From assembly GCA_037129215.1 (NCBI GenBank), contig JBAXVH010000001.1:1-44468 (forward strand): a DNA stretch of 44,468 nt, in the 5' to 3' direction. Source of the DNA: Bacteroidota bacterium (lineage in GTDB: Bacteria > Bacteroidota > Bacteroidia > Chitinophagales > Chitinophagaceae). The notes below the pieces were generated by a model. That model saw only the letters and a list, made by a program, of their open reading frames with translations, did not search any database and was not told the DNA's origin. Position 1 is the stretch's first letter. Every line of letters starts with the position of its first letter. Positions 1-8,053 of the stretch are shown here, piece after piece. Made by a program: the position numbers and the translations under genes.

Positions 1-55
1 CGGGCGGTGTCGTAACGTCAGGTATGGCTATTTATGATACGATGCAATTTATCAA
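1..55. repeat. Terminal exact repeat, copy 1 (identical to 44414..44468)
   Basis: Both window ends read cgggcggtgtcgtaacgtcaggtatggctatttatgatacgatgcaatttatcaa. The repeat lies inside the clpP reading frame, so it is most simply the overlap of a circular or circularly permuted molecule linearised within clpP. Confidence 0.95.
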
Positions 56-392
56 ACCAGATGTAAGTACAGTGTGCATGGGTCAAGCGGCCAGCGCTGC
101 TGCGTTATTGTTATGTGCCGGCGCACCAGGAAAACGGCTTTGTTTGCCTAATGCACGTGTGATGATTCACCAACCTTTGGGCGGCTACCGAGGTCAGGCG
201 ACAGATATTGAGATTCATGCGCGTGAAACGATGGCCGTCAAGGAACGTTTGAACGCAATCATGGCAAAGCATACAAAGAAAACGACTGACCAAATTATGC
301 GAGATACAGAACGTGATAATTTCATGAATGCGAATCAAGCTTTGGATTATGGATTAATTGATAAAATAATGCATAACCGGAATGCTATCTGA
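1..392 (+). CDS. clpP: ATP-dependent Clp protease proteolytic subunit ClpP, C-terminal part (5'-partial in window; continues from 44197..44413 when the ends are joined)
   Basis: The frame is open from base 3. Translation [37 protein letters not shown]...[22 protein letters not shown]...DTERDNFM matches conserved cellular ClpP blocks, including catalytic Ser (GQAAS), His (MIHQP) and Asp (ERD). 217 nt + 392 nt = 609 nt = 202 aa plus stop. Confidence 0.92.
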   Translation, partial: GGVVTSGMAIYDTMQFIKPDVSTVCMGQAASAAALLLCAGAPGKRLCLPNARVMIHQPLGGYRGQATDIEIHARETMAVKERLNAIMAKHTKKTTDQIMRDTERDNFMNANQALDYGLIDKIMHNRNAI

Positions 393-400
393 GGATTTAT

Positions 401-661
401 ATGAAATATCTTACAAAACAGCTTAATTTATCCAAACTCTCTACTAAAGAGTTGATTGAAGAACGTCATAGACTACGCGAAATAATGAAAGAGCTCAAAG
501 ATGAAGCTCATGCTATTTCCAGATATTGGGACGATATTAAGTTAGAATTGAAAGTTAATCTTACTCTACATGAATTAGACGCTAAAGAAATAGAACTGAT
601 GAGAACTAGATCATCTAATCCTTTATCAAATAAAGAACTTGCTGCATTAGATTTACAATAA
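401..661 (+). CDS. Hypothetical protein, predicted coiled-coil (86 aa)
   Basis: ORF starts 9 nt after the clpP stop, preceded by gaggattt. Charged heptad-like sequence. No recognisable family. Confidence 0.55.
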   Translation: MKYLTKQLNLSKLSTKELIEERHRLREIMKELKDEAHAISRYWDDIKLELKVNLTLHELDAKEIELMRTRSSNPLSNKELAALDLQ

Positions 662-715
662 TATATACCCGAATATACCTGGGTATACACATAATGTCTT
701 ATATGAGGATAAACT

Positions 716-1150
716 ATGTATAAATCAATTGGATTAACTTTGGGCTTATTAATTTCTGTCAATACATATGCCATGACTTTTGAACATGCCAGAGATATTT
801 ATAAACATGTTCTAAAAGCTAATCATATTGTATTTGCTCCTTCATTACATTTAGATAAATCACCAGACATTAATGCCTATAATACAGGCTTTACTATTAG
901 TATTAATCAAGGCATGTTGAACTATGTACGTAATGATGATGAGATGGCATTAATAGTAGGTCATGAATTAGGCCATTCTAAAGACGGCGATATAGACAAT
1001 GAACTAACAGCTGATAGTTATGGAGCTACGGCTATAATCCGAGCAGGATATAACAAATGCAGGGGTGCTCAAGCATTAGCTAGACTACATGATATTGGTG
1101 ATAGGGCTCATCCTCCATCAACTTATAGAGTTAAACACTTAGGTTGTTAG
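716..1150 (+). CDS. Secreted short M48-family Zn metallopeptidase (paralog of 37363..37947)
   Basis: N-terminal signal-like segment (LTLGLLISVNTYA), then INAYNTG...DDEMALIVGHELGHS (HExxH), downstream NELTADSYG...RAGYNKC...HPPSTYR. This is the pattern typical of M48 (LoiP/YcaL-like) peptidases. RBS-like gaggataaact precedes the ATG. Confidence 0.7.
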   Translation: MYKSIGLTLGLLISVNTYAMTFEHARDIYKHVLKANHIVFAPSLHLDKSPDINAYNTGFTISINQGMLNYVRNDDEMALIVGHELGHSKDGDIDNELTADSYGATAIIRAGYNKCRGAQALARLHDIGDRAHPPSTYRVKHLGC

Positions 1151-1541
1151 TTATATATGGCGGTAGTGATGTGCCTTAATATGAACTACCGTATAATAGC
1201 CCCTATGAAGACAGGGGCTAAGGAAACTTAAGGGGGGGACAGACATTTACTAGCGTAAATGAATGGCCTATCCCCTCTGTCTTTATCTTATTAGCTTTAA
1301 TCAAATGTCTGTCATCTCCCTCCCAATCCCTCCCCTTCTGTCAAGCAGAAATATGGAGGTCTTGTCCGTTAATTTACTCAAGAGAGTAAGAATTCTTTAA
1401 TCTATAGGATTAAAAGAATTCCTATTAGGGGTTAGGACCCCAAAGTAATTGACTGATGGCAAGAGTGGGTATACGGCCATCAACTACTTCTCGCCTCTTA
1501 CATAGCCTCTAAGCAGCCGGCCTAATAAAACACAGCTCAAC

Positions 1542-1631
1542 CATGAATCGAAGATTCATAATCTACGCATTTAGCCCCTCGCCAAGCTCGTGCCTACTCG
1601 GACATGAATTTTATGATTCATAATCCTCGCA
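1542..1631 (+). repeat. Two copies of a 28-29 nt hairpin-containing unit, CATGAAT(N3-6)(G)ATTCATAATCnnCGCA
   Basis: 1542-1569 is catgaatcgaagattcataatctacgca and 1603-1631 is catgaattttatgattcataatcctcgca. Each folds as ATGAAT(C)/(G)ATTCAT with a different loop, so the stem is conserved while the loop varies. Confidence 0.7.
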
Positions 1632-1726
1632 GTCACTAATACTTAGTCACTAAACCCCTGGTGCTTAAAGGAGTGGAACACGACAAATACTGGAGTAGGT
1701 TACGACAAAACTTGGTGAACCTAGGG

Positions 1727-1739
1727 GGAATTTCCGAAC
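1727..1739 (+). repeat. GGAATTTCCGAAC motif, copy 1 (copy 2 at 2000..2012 overlaps the -35 region of the rightward promoter)
   Basis: Exact 13-mer present twice, 273 bp apart. Confidence 0.6.
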
Positions 1740-1774
1740 TCCATGTGGGGGTATCGTCCGGAAAGAAAACCCAG

Positions 1775-1914
1775 TGTTTTCAAGCACTTAAGAAAATGTT
1801 TTCAAGGACCTAGGAAGTGGAACCAGAGCAGGAACATTCATAGCTATTATATCTAGTATGACTAGAAATAAAGAATCAAAAATAAACCATTTAATGTTTT
1901 CAAGGGCTTAGGAA
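1775..1914 (+). repeat. Three copies of a 20-bp motif, TGTTTTCAAGnnCnTAnGAA (iteron- or operator-like)
   Basis: 1775-1794 tgttttcaagcacttaagaa; 1797-1816 tgttttcaaggacctaggaa; 1895-1914 tgttttcaagggcttaggaa. Copies 1 and 2 are 22 bp apart. An AT-rich stretch (about 1840-1895) lies between copies 2 and 3. Confidence 0.65.
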
Positions 1915-1965
1915 AATGTTCCCTAAGTTACACATTTACTTTAAAAACACCAGTATAGCAGTGAT

Positions 1966-1983
1966 TGTTCCCTATCAGGAACA
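1966..1983. promoter_or_regulatory. Palindrome TGTTCC-ctatca-GGAACA (operator-like)
   Basis: Perfect 6-bp arms. The GGAACATT half-site also occurs at about 1831 and, inverted, at about 1916. It lies about 35 bp upstream of the promoter at 1997..2024. Confidence 0.45.
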
Positions 1984-1996
1984 TTGGTGTCAGGTA

Positions 1997-2024
1997 TTAG
2001 GAATTTCCGAACATGTGATATAAT
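1997..2024 (+). promoter_or_regulatory. Putative sigma70-type promoter with extended -10 (TTAGGA-N16-TGaTATAAT) heading the rightward structural operon
   Basis: The -10 TATAAT is at 2019-2024 with TG at 2016-2017. The same GTGATATAAT/TGATATAAT core recurs at 19294-19302 and 42574-42582. The -35 is weak and overlaps GGAATTTCCGAAC copy 2. Confidence 0.5.
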
Positions 2025-2040
2025 GTATTAAATCCTACTT

Positions 2041-2601
2041 GTGAAAACGCCTATGCCATTTTTACTTTTATTATTACCTCTCCTTGCTAAAATTCCCGGA
2101 ATGATCGGAGATTATTACAGCAAGCGTCTTGACCTTGAAGTTACTAAGGTTAATACAGCTAAGGAAGTTGAACTTGCTAAAGCACAGATGGCTACAGATA
2201 TTGCCAAGGCTGAATTAGCAAATGCGCAGCAAGTTGTTCTTATGACTTCTACAACTTTCCGCACAGTTATGACTTGTTTAGTATTTACACCGTTTGCTAT
2301 TACAATGATTTCTTCTAAATGGTCTGCTGTTATATTCGCTAACTTTTCTTTAATGCCTGCCTGGTATTCACAAATATGTCTTACAATCATTTTAGCTATA
2401 TACGGTATTACTGTAGGGGCCCCTGTTGTTAAGAACATATTTGACGGCTTAGGTACTTATCTAGATGGTAAAAGAAATTATATTCTAGAAAAAGCAAAAA
2501 TAAATAGAAAGGTATTTTTTGATAGTCTTCGTAAAGACGGAGCACTATCTCAACAGGAAGTAGACGAGGCTAATAAGGCCCTTGATGAAGCAGAGAAATA
2601 A
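2041..2601 (+). CDS. Membrane protein with an N-terminal coiled-coil and about 3 TM helices (possible holin-like protein; function uncertain)
   Basis: 186-aa ORF, GTG at 2041 or ATG at 2053, no clear SD. Hydrophobic segments are VMTCLVFTPFAITMI, AVIFANFSLMPAWY and ICLTIILAIYGITVGAPVV. The layout resembles 3-TM holins of gene-transfer-agent type, but this was not verifiable here. Confidence 0.45.
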   Translation: MKTPMPFLLLLLPLLAKIPGMIGDYYSKRLDLEVTKVNTAKEVELAKAQMATDIAKAELANAQQVVLMTSTTFRTVMTCLVFTPFAITMISSKWSAVIFANFSLMPAWYSQICLTIILAIYGITVGAPVVKNIFDGLGTYLDGKRNYILEKAKINRKVFFDSLRKDGALSQQEVDEANKALDEAEK

Positions 2602-2602
2602 C

Positions 2603-2833
2603 ATGGATTTTGATACCGCATCACTTAAATATGCTATGGGTATGGTAGTTTCTAGTATTCTATCGTATACATTATGGGCCTATAAGAAACATGTTAAAAG
2701 AATAGAGGTAATGAATGATACAATGAATACTCTACAAACAAATCAAAAAGTAACAGATGTAGAGATTCGAGCAATAAAAGAAGATGTTACAGAAATAAAA
2801 AGTACACTTAAACTAATTTTAAAACGTTTATAG
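2603..2833 (+). CDS. Small single-pass membrane protein with a C-terminal coiled-coil
   Basis: ATG at 2603 (MDFDTASLKY...) lies just after the upstream stop. The track ORF starts at 2582, inside the previous gene. TM segment is GMVVSSILSYTLWAY. Confidence 0.5.
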   Translation: MDFDTASLKYAMGMVVSSILSYTLWAYKKHVKRIEVMNDTMNTLQTNQKVTDVEIRAIKEDVTEIKSTLKLILKRL

Positions 2834-2885
2834 GAACTATTAAAGAATTCTTAATAGTTCAAAAAGAAGGCAAGTCAGCAATAGA

Positions 2886-3241
2886 CTAAATAATTAAATA
2901 ATCTAAAGGAATTAAAATGATAGTTACAATATTTAAAACAATATTATATGTAGTTCTATTACCTGTAAAATTTTGTTTATATTTTTTAAATAAAATATTA
3001 TCTTTTTCTGCACGAGAAGTTAAAGAATTACAAGATTTCGTAGTACCACTATGCGAGTCGCTTCTGTAGTTATAAACTAAATAATTAAATAACCCAAAGG
3101 AATTAAAATGATAGCTAAAATATTTAAAACAGTATTATATGTAGTTCTATTACCTGTAAGATTTTGTTTATATCTTATAAATAAAGGATTAGAATTTGCT
3201 GCACACGAATTTAAAGAATTACAAGATTTAGTAACTCCACC
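2886..3241 (+). repeat. Tandem duplication (about 191-bp period) of a small-gene unit including its RBS
   Basis: 2886.. ctaaataattaaataatctaaaggaattaaaatgatagttaca... matches 3077.. ctaaataattaaataacccaaaggaattaaaatgatagctaaa... Similarity runs through ...aaagaattacaagattt, then the copies diverge. Confidence 0.85.
2917..3069 (+). CDS. Small membrane-anchored protein (50 aa), paralog of 3108..3338 (absent from the ORF track)
   Basis: AAGGA RBS 7 nt upstream. Translation MIVTIFKTILYVVLLPVKFCLYFLNKILSFSAREVKELQDFVVPLCESLL parallels MIAKIFKTVLYVVLLPVRFCLYLINKGLEFAAHEFKELQDLV... Confidence 0.4.
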   Translation: MIVTIFKTILYVVLLPVKFCLYFLNKILSFSAREVKELQDFVVPLCESLL

Positions 3242-3338
3242 TGTAGCACCTATAGTTCCATTAGTTCCAGCCGCACCCGTTGCACCTGCTCCTGTAGTTC
3301 AAGATTTAGTACCTGCTCCTGTAGTTAAAGTAGAATAA
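3108..3338 (+). CDS. Small membrane-anchored protein with a Pro/Ala/Val-rich tail (76 aa)
   Basis: AAGGA RBS. N-terminal TM segment followed by PPVAPIVPLVPAAPVAPAPVVQDLVPAPVV. Confidence 0.5.
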   Translation: MIAKIFKTVLYVVLLPVRFCLYLINKGLEFAAHEFKELQDLVTPPVAPIVPLVPAAPVAPAPVVQDLVPAPVVKVE

Positions 3339-3364
3339 AAATACTTAATTAAGGATATCCTCAG

Positions 3365-3838
3365 ATGGATTATGATGAAAATGGCAAAGCAGGGGCAGGA
3401 CGCCCATGTAAATTTGAACCGTGGATGTGTGAAAAAATATTAGAAATAGCTAGTAACGGTGGTCACCAAGCTGCTATGATGCAAGCTATAGGTATTAAAA
3501 AAACTCAATTTCACACATGGAAAAAAGAAATTCCAGAATTCAAAGACGCAATTGAAGAAGCTAAACTAATTAGCCAAAGTGTATATGAAAATATATTACT
3601 TCAAGGAGCCATGGGAAAAATTCCTGGATTTAATTTTAATTCTATTTCATTATTAATGCATAATAAATTTCCTGATGAATATAAACGAGGGTCTAATGGC
3701 AGTACTGTTTCTAGTACAGAAATAACAATTAATCAATTACATTTAAGTCCTAAAGAAATAGATTATAAGATAGCACAAAAATTAGAAAAATTACAAGCTC
3801 TTGGTATAGACTTAAAAGGGATTGATAATGACTCTTGA
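3365..3838 (+). CDS. terS: Terminase small subunit
   Basis: Lies immediately upstream of, and overlapping, terL. The N-terminal GRPCKFEPWMCEKILEIASNGGHQAAMMQAIGIKKTQFHTWKK block is the HTH-type motif common in small terminases. Confidence 0.75.
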   Translation: MDYDENGKAGAGRPCKFEPWMCEKILEIASNGGHQAAMMQAIGIKKTQFHTWKKEIPEFKDAIEEAKLISQSVYENILLQGAMGKIPGFNFNSISLLMHNKFPDEYKRGSNGSTVSSTEITINQLHLSPKEIDYKIAQKLEKLQALGIDLKGIDNDS

Positions 3839-5297
3839 AACTAAGGAAGACTTACAAAAAGAGTTATTAGAGTTATTAGAAGAAAAAGAACGTCAAGTAG
3901 AGTTTAATAAAATCTCTACATTGTTTCCCGCTGTAGGACCCTTTCGTAGAGAATTGTATCCAAAGCATATAGCATTTATGAATGCTGGTAAAGATTTTTC
4001 TCAAAGAGCTTTCATCGCAGCAAATCGAACCGGCAAAACGGTTTCAGGAGCTGCTGAGATGTCTTATCATTTAACAGGACAATATCCTGAATGGTGGGAA
4101 GGAAGACGTTTCTTAAATGCTATCAGTGCATGGGCAGCAGGAGTATCAAATCAATCAACAAAAGAAATTCAACAATATGAATTAATAGGGGATTTATCTA
4201 ATTCTGGTACAGGATTAATTCCTAAAGATTGTATTTTAAAAATAACAAAAAAACCAGGGGTTGCTGATGCTGTAGAAACAGTATTTGTACAGCATATAAG
4301 TGGCGGAACAAGTCAATTAACATTTAAATCCTATGAACAGGGTAGAGATAGTTTTCAAGGAACTAAAAAACAAGTTATATGGTTAGATGAGGAACCAAAA
4401 GATAGGTCTATATTTACAGAATGTCTAACAAGGACAATGGACAAATATAACCCCGGTATAATATATTGTACTTTTACACCACTTTTTGGTTTATCTGATG
4501 TAGTTATGAACTTTTTACCAGATGGTAAAGTTCCAGAAGATGGTTTTGATCCATTACACCCATATAAATTTGTTACACAAGTTAACTGGGAAGAAGTACC
4601 TCATCTATCTGAGTCCCAAAAGAAAGAAATATTAGATAGTTATTCTCCTCATGAACGTGATGCACGTAGTAAAGGAGTTCCATCTCTAGGAGCTGGAGCT
4701 ATTTATCCTTATACAGAAGACAGTATTGTTACTGAACCATTTAAAATACCTAGTTGGTGGCCTAAAGCCTATGGTTTAGACGTAGGTTGGAACAAAACAG
4801 CCGCAGTTTGGGGGGCTTTAGATCCTGATAGTAATAAAATATTTATTTATTCCGAACATTATGAAGGATTTGAACAACCAGTTGTACATGCCCAATCTAT
4901 AAAAGCTAGGGGAGATTGGATTACAGGAGCAATTGATCCTGCATCTGAAGGATCTAGCCAAGTAGATGGTAAAGCTTTATTTAATTTGTATGAAGAAGCA
5001 GGATTAATTTTAGAATTTGCAGATAATTCGATAAATGCTGGTATAATGAAAGTAGGACAAATGTTTGCGTCCGGGCAATTAAAAATATTTAGCACATGTA
5101 AAAATCTATTAAAAGAATATCGTGTATACAGAAGAGATGAAAATGGTAAGATTGTTAAGAAAAATGATCATGCTCTAGATGCACTCAGATATTTAATGAT
5201 GACAGGAATGGATTATATGTCAATTCCTATTGATCCTGACTACACAGAAAAAGCCGATACCAATGACAGCGGCAGAGATGAATTTACCGGCTATTAA
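3822..5297 (+). CDS. terL: Terminase large subunit
   Basis: Walker A AANRTGKT, Walker B VIWLDEEP, C-terminal nuclease block KKNDHALDALRYL. 491 aa. The start could be 3822 or 3828. Confidence 0.95.
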   Translation: MIMTLETKEDLQKELLELLEEKERQVEFNKISTLFPAVGPFRRELYPKHIAFMNAGKDFSQRAFIAANRTGKTVSGAAEMSYHLTGQYPEWWEGRRFLNAISAWAAGVSNQSTKEIQQYELIGDLSNSGTGLIPKDCILKITKKPGVADAVETVFVQHISGGTSQLTFKSYEQGRDSFQGTKKQVIWLDEEPKDRSIFTECLTRTMDKYNPGIIYCTFTPLFGLSDVVMNFLPDGKVPEDGFDPLHPYKFVTQVNWEEVPHLSESQKKEILDSYSPHERDARSKGVPSLGAGAIYPYTEDSIVTEPFKIPSWWPKAYGLDVGWNKTAAVWGALDPDSNKIFIYSEHYEGFEQPVVHAQSIKARGDWITGAIDPASEGSSQVDGKALFNLYEEAGLILEFADNSINAGIMKVGQMFASGQLKIFSTCKNLLKEYRVYRRDENGKIVKKNDHALDALRYLMMTGMDYMSIPIDPDYTEKADTNDSGRDEFTGY

Positions 5298-7488
5298 ATT
5301 AGAGACCAATTGGATATTAAATATGACTAAAGACACGAAATTAACATTAGACAAATTAAAAAACAGTGGTAATATCGCCGACCTATTAGATGAATATAAA
5401 TTATCTGAAATTGGTGAACAAGTTTACAATGGTTATAAGATTGATGAAGATAGTAGATCTGAATGGAAAGAAACTGTTGATAAAGCAATGGATATTGCTA
5501 AACAAAAAGTAGATCCAAAAAACCATCCTTGGCCAGGGGCTTCTAATGTTAAGTTCCCATTAATCTCTGAAGCTTCTATTCAATTTGCTGCACGTGTAAT
5601 GCCTGAAATTATTCAAAATGATAAGGTTATTAGAGCTAATATTGTAGGCCAAGATTTAGACGGTGCTAAATTACGCAGGGCTCATCGCGTATCTGAATAT
5701 ATGTCTTATCAATTATTGTGTGAATCTACAGATTGGGAAGATGGAACAGATAAATTATTACAAGTTATTCCTGTATTAGGTACAGCATTTAAGAAAACAT
5801 ATTATGATGCTGCCGAAAAGAAAAATGTTAGTATGTTATGTGTTCCTGATAAAATTGTTGTAAATTATGCAACACAAAGTTTAGAAACAGCACGAAGAAT
5901 TACACATGTAATTACAATGTATTCTAATGATATTATAGAACGTCAAAGACGTGGTATATTTTCTGAATCTGTAGACCCTGAATTATTAAGACCAATAGAT
6001 TCTTCTGATAATGATAAAGATTTTGCTATTGAGTTACTAGAACAACATTGTTATTTAGATTTAGATGATGACGATTATAAAGAACCTTATATTGTTACAA
6101 TACATAAAAATAGTAGACAAGTTCTTAGAATTACACATAGATTTAATACAATAGAAAAGAATAAAAATGGTGAAGTAGTATGTATTGAACCAATACATTA
6201 TTTTACAGACTTCCATTTTATTAGATCACCAGATGGTGGATTCTATAGTATTGGTTTTGGTAGTTTGCTTCTCCCTATTAATTCCGCAATTAATACCTTA
6301 ATCAATCAGCTATTAGACGCAGGAACATTAAGTAATACACAAGGCGGCTTTTTAGGTAGAGGCTTAAGAATTAAAAATGGTGAATTAAAGATTAAAATGG
6401 GTGAGTGGAAAGTATTAGATGCTGCTTCAGGCACTAATATTTCTCAAAATGTGTTCCCATTACCTGTAAGAGAACCTTCTCAAACATTATTTAGTTTATT
6501 AGGCTTATTATTACAAATGGGTAAAGATCTTTCTTCTTCTACAGACGTGATGAAAGGACAACAACCTGCACAGAATGTAGCTACAGGTACAATTAGTGCT
6601 TTAGTAGAGCAAGGTAGTAAGATATTTGCTGCAATTAACAAAAGATTATATAGAAGTTTAAAAAAAGAATATACAAAACTTTATGCTTTAAATGCTCACC
6701 ATCTTTCTGATGCAAAATATAAAGAAATTATGGATGATCCAGAAGCAGATGCTAAAAAAGATTTTGAATTATATAGTATGGATGTTTATCCTGTATCAGA
6801 CCCTTCTTTATCTAGTGATCAACAACGATTAAATAGATCTATGGTTATGCACCAACTCCCTACAGTTGATATGAGAGCTGCTGATGAGTATACATTACAA
6901 TCTATGAGCTTAGATCAATCAACTATTGATAGATTATTACCAAAACCAGACCCTAGTGCACCCCCTCCTCCAGATCAACAACTTATTTTAGCGCAAATTC
7001 AACTAATTAATGCTCAAATAGTTGAAATGGGGCACAAAATGACAGTGCTGGCTCAAAATGCTAGTATTGGACAACAAGATATGGCATTAAAAGCTGCTAT
7101 GACAGATTCACAAATACAAGAATCTGCTGCTAGAACAGTTAAAATGCAAATTGATGCTTCTCATGGTGATAGTAAAGTTGCTATTGCTGCGGCTAAACTT
7201 AATTCTTCTGATTTAATGAAGGGTGCTCAATTTAATCATAAACAAGAACTAGATCAAGCTAAATTAGTATTAAATTCTATGGATGCTAAAACTAAAGCAA
7301 CTAAAGTAAGTACAGATTTAACTAAAACACTTATTAAAGATAAGACTGAGAATAAAAAAATAGAGTTGGATGCTAAAGAAAAAGGAATACCAAAATATTC
7401 TGAACATGATATTTTACATACGGCCAAATTAAAGGGATTATCTCCTGAACAGGTCAGAAATATTCTGAAAGAAAAGGATAAATCATGA
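5230..7488 (+). CDS. Portal protein (start uncertain: 5230, 5278 or 5323)
   Basis: About 720-750 aa ORF directly after terL, with a long helical C-terminal region. Call rests on position and size. Confidence 0.75.
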   Translation: MILTTQKKPIPMTAAEMNLPAIKLETNWILNMTKDTKLTLDKLKNSGNIADLLDEYKLSEIGEQVYNGYKIDEDSRSEWKETVDKAMDIAKQKVDPKNHPWPGASNVKFPLISEASIQFAARVMPEIIQNDKVIRANIVGQDLDGAKLRRAHRVSEYMSYQLLCESTDWEDGTDKLLQVIPVLGTAFKKTYYDAAEKKNVSMLCVPDKIVVNYATQSLETARRITHVITMYSNDIIERQRRGIFSESVDPELLRPIDSSDNDKDFAIELLEQHCYLDLDDDDYKEPYIVTIHKNSRQVLRITHRFNTIEKNKNGEVVCIEPIHYFTDFHFIRSPDGGFYSIGFGSLLLPINSAINTLINQLLDAGTLSNTQGGFLGRGLRIKNGELKIKMGEWKVLDAASGTNISQNVFPLPVREPSQTLFSLLGLLLQMGKDLSSSTDVMKGQQPAQNVATGTISALVEQGSKIFAAINKRLYRSLKKEYTKLYALNAHHLSDAKYKEIMDDPEADAKKDFELYSMDVYPVSDPSLSSDQQRLNRSMVMHQLPTVDMRAADEYTLQSMSLDQSTIDRLLPKPDPSAPPPPDQQLILAQIQLINAQIVEMGHKMTVLAQNASIGQQDMALKAAMTDSQIQESAARTVKMQIDASHGDSKVAIAAAKLNSSDLMKGAQFNHKQELDQAKLVLNSMDAKTKATKVSTDLTKTLIKDKTENKKIELDAKEKGIPKYSEHDILHTAKLKGLSPEQVRNILKEKDKS

Positions 7489-7790
7489 GAAAGAAACCTG
7501 TTGAATTAGTAGATTTATTACCCGAGATGATTAATGTAGATGATACAACAGATCCTGGTCTCGAGCCATTTAAAATACCTAATATGGATATACCAAATAA
7601 AGTTCCTAAAATTGAATCATATATGCCGATAATACCTGATAATATGGCACAAGGATATCAAGAATTTAAAACAAGAAATCCAATGGTTAATATAGATGAT
7701 TTAGGGATTATGACTCCTGATGACGCGACCCCCGCAGATTTATTGCCAGATTATGAAAATGTAGACGATCTACAAGGATTTAATACATGA
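7485..7790 (+). CDS. Hypothetical acidic protein (head module)
   Basis: ATGA overlap with the portal stop. 101 aa, Asp/Pro-rich. Confidence 0.6.
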   Translation: MRKKPVELVDLLPEMINVDDTTDPGLEPFKIPNMDIPNKVPKIESYMPIIPDNMAQGYQEFKTRNPMVNIDDLGIMTPDDATPADLLPDYENVDDLQGFNT

Positions 7791-8053
7791 AAATAGACAT
7801 TAGTAATTTTAGAACTTGGAAAAAAGATCCAATTACAATTGCCTTATTTAAAGCTTTAGAAGACGTAAGAAAAAATATTGAAAGTGGTATGATCAACGCT
7901 AACAATATCCTCGCCGAGGATTGCCAATCACGTATGACTAAATTATTGGGCATGCGAGAAGGAATTGATCTAGTGTTAGAGATAACTTGTGAAGACTTAG
8001 ACGATGGAGACGACTTAGATGTTGAAGAGACAGATAAAACCAGCAGGACATAG
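7787..8053 (+). CDS. Hypothetical protein (head module)
   Basis: ATGA overlap with the upstream gene. 88 aa with an acidic C-terminus. Confidence 0.6.
   Translation: MKIDISNFRTWKKDPITIALFKALEDVRKNIESGMINANNILAEDCQSRMTKLLGMREGIDLVLEITCEDLDDGDDLDVEETDKTSRT

Larger units (their letters stand above)
1151..2015. other. ORF-free, GC-elevated region dense in hairpins and repeats (candidate structured ncRNA and/or origin, packaging or regulatory DNA)
   Basis: The six-frame track reports no ORF over about 0.87 kb in an otherwise tightly packed genome. By eye it is clearly more GC-rich than the flanking genes. Hairpins: 1161-1167/1185-1191; 1197-1204/1213-1220 (8 bp); 1238-1248/1303-1313 (11 bp, long range); 1388-1402/1408-1423 (EcoRI-containing, imperfect); 1428-1432/1437-1441. 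The motif CCCC(T)nCTGTC recurs in both orientations between 1208 and 1345. Confidence 0.6.

Noticed and set aside
1-55. The terminal 55-bp repeats as attL/attR of a prophage integrated into host clpP
   Set aside because: The 3' half of clpP is at the left end and the 5' half at the right end, the opposite of an insertion. Removing one repeat restores an exact in-frame gene. No integrase, excisionase or repressor is visible. Circular permutation or assembly overlap explains it better.
1-55. The repeats as true physical direct terminal repeats of the virion DNA
   Set aside because: A 55-bp repeat lying inside a conserved coding frame is an unlikely genome terminus. This cannot be excluded without read-terminus analysis.
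111-338. Antisense track ORFs inside confident genes: 111..338, 508..774, 2115..2438, 4859..5095, 8472..8807, 10050..10238, 11460..11846, 14195..14569, 16617..16889, 17151..17369, 17706..18041, 18118..18324, 23223..23444, 24839..25066, 27160..27387, 32683..32883, 35351..35548, 36738..36944, 43175..43435
   Set aside because: Each lies opposite a longer ORF with clear family motifs or operon context. They lack RBSs and have shadow-frame composition.
1-392. ClpP as the prohead maturation protease
   Set aside because: It lies outside the head module, next to a tRNA in an early-type operon. It retains full-length cellular ClpP features rather than the diverged S14 prohead-protease form. The head module appears to rely on a separate scaffold.
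1775-1914. The repeated TGTTTTCAAG...GAA motifs as a mini-CRISPR array
   Set aside because: Copies 1 and 2 are directly adjacent (22-bp period), which leaves no spacer. Copy 3 is 98 bp away. The units are only 20 bp, lack a repeat hairpin, and no cas genes are present.
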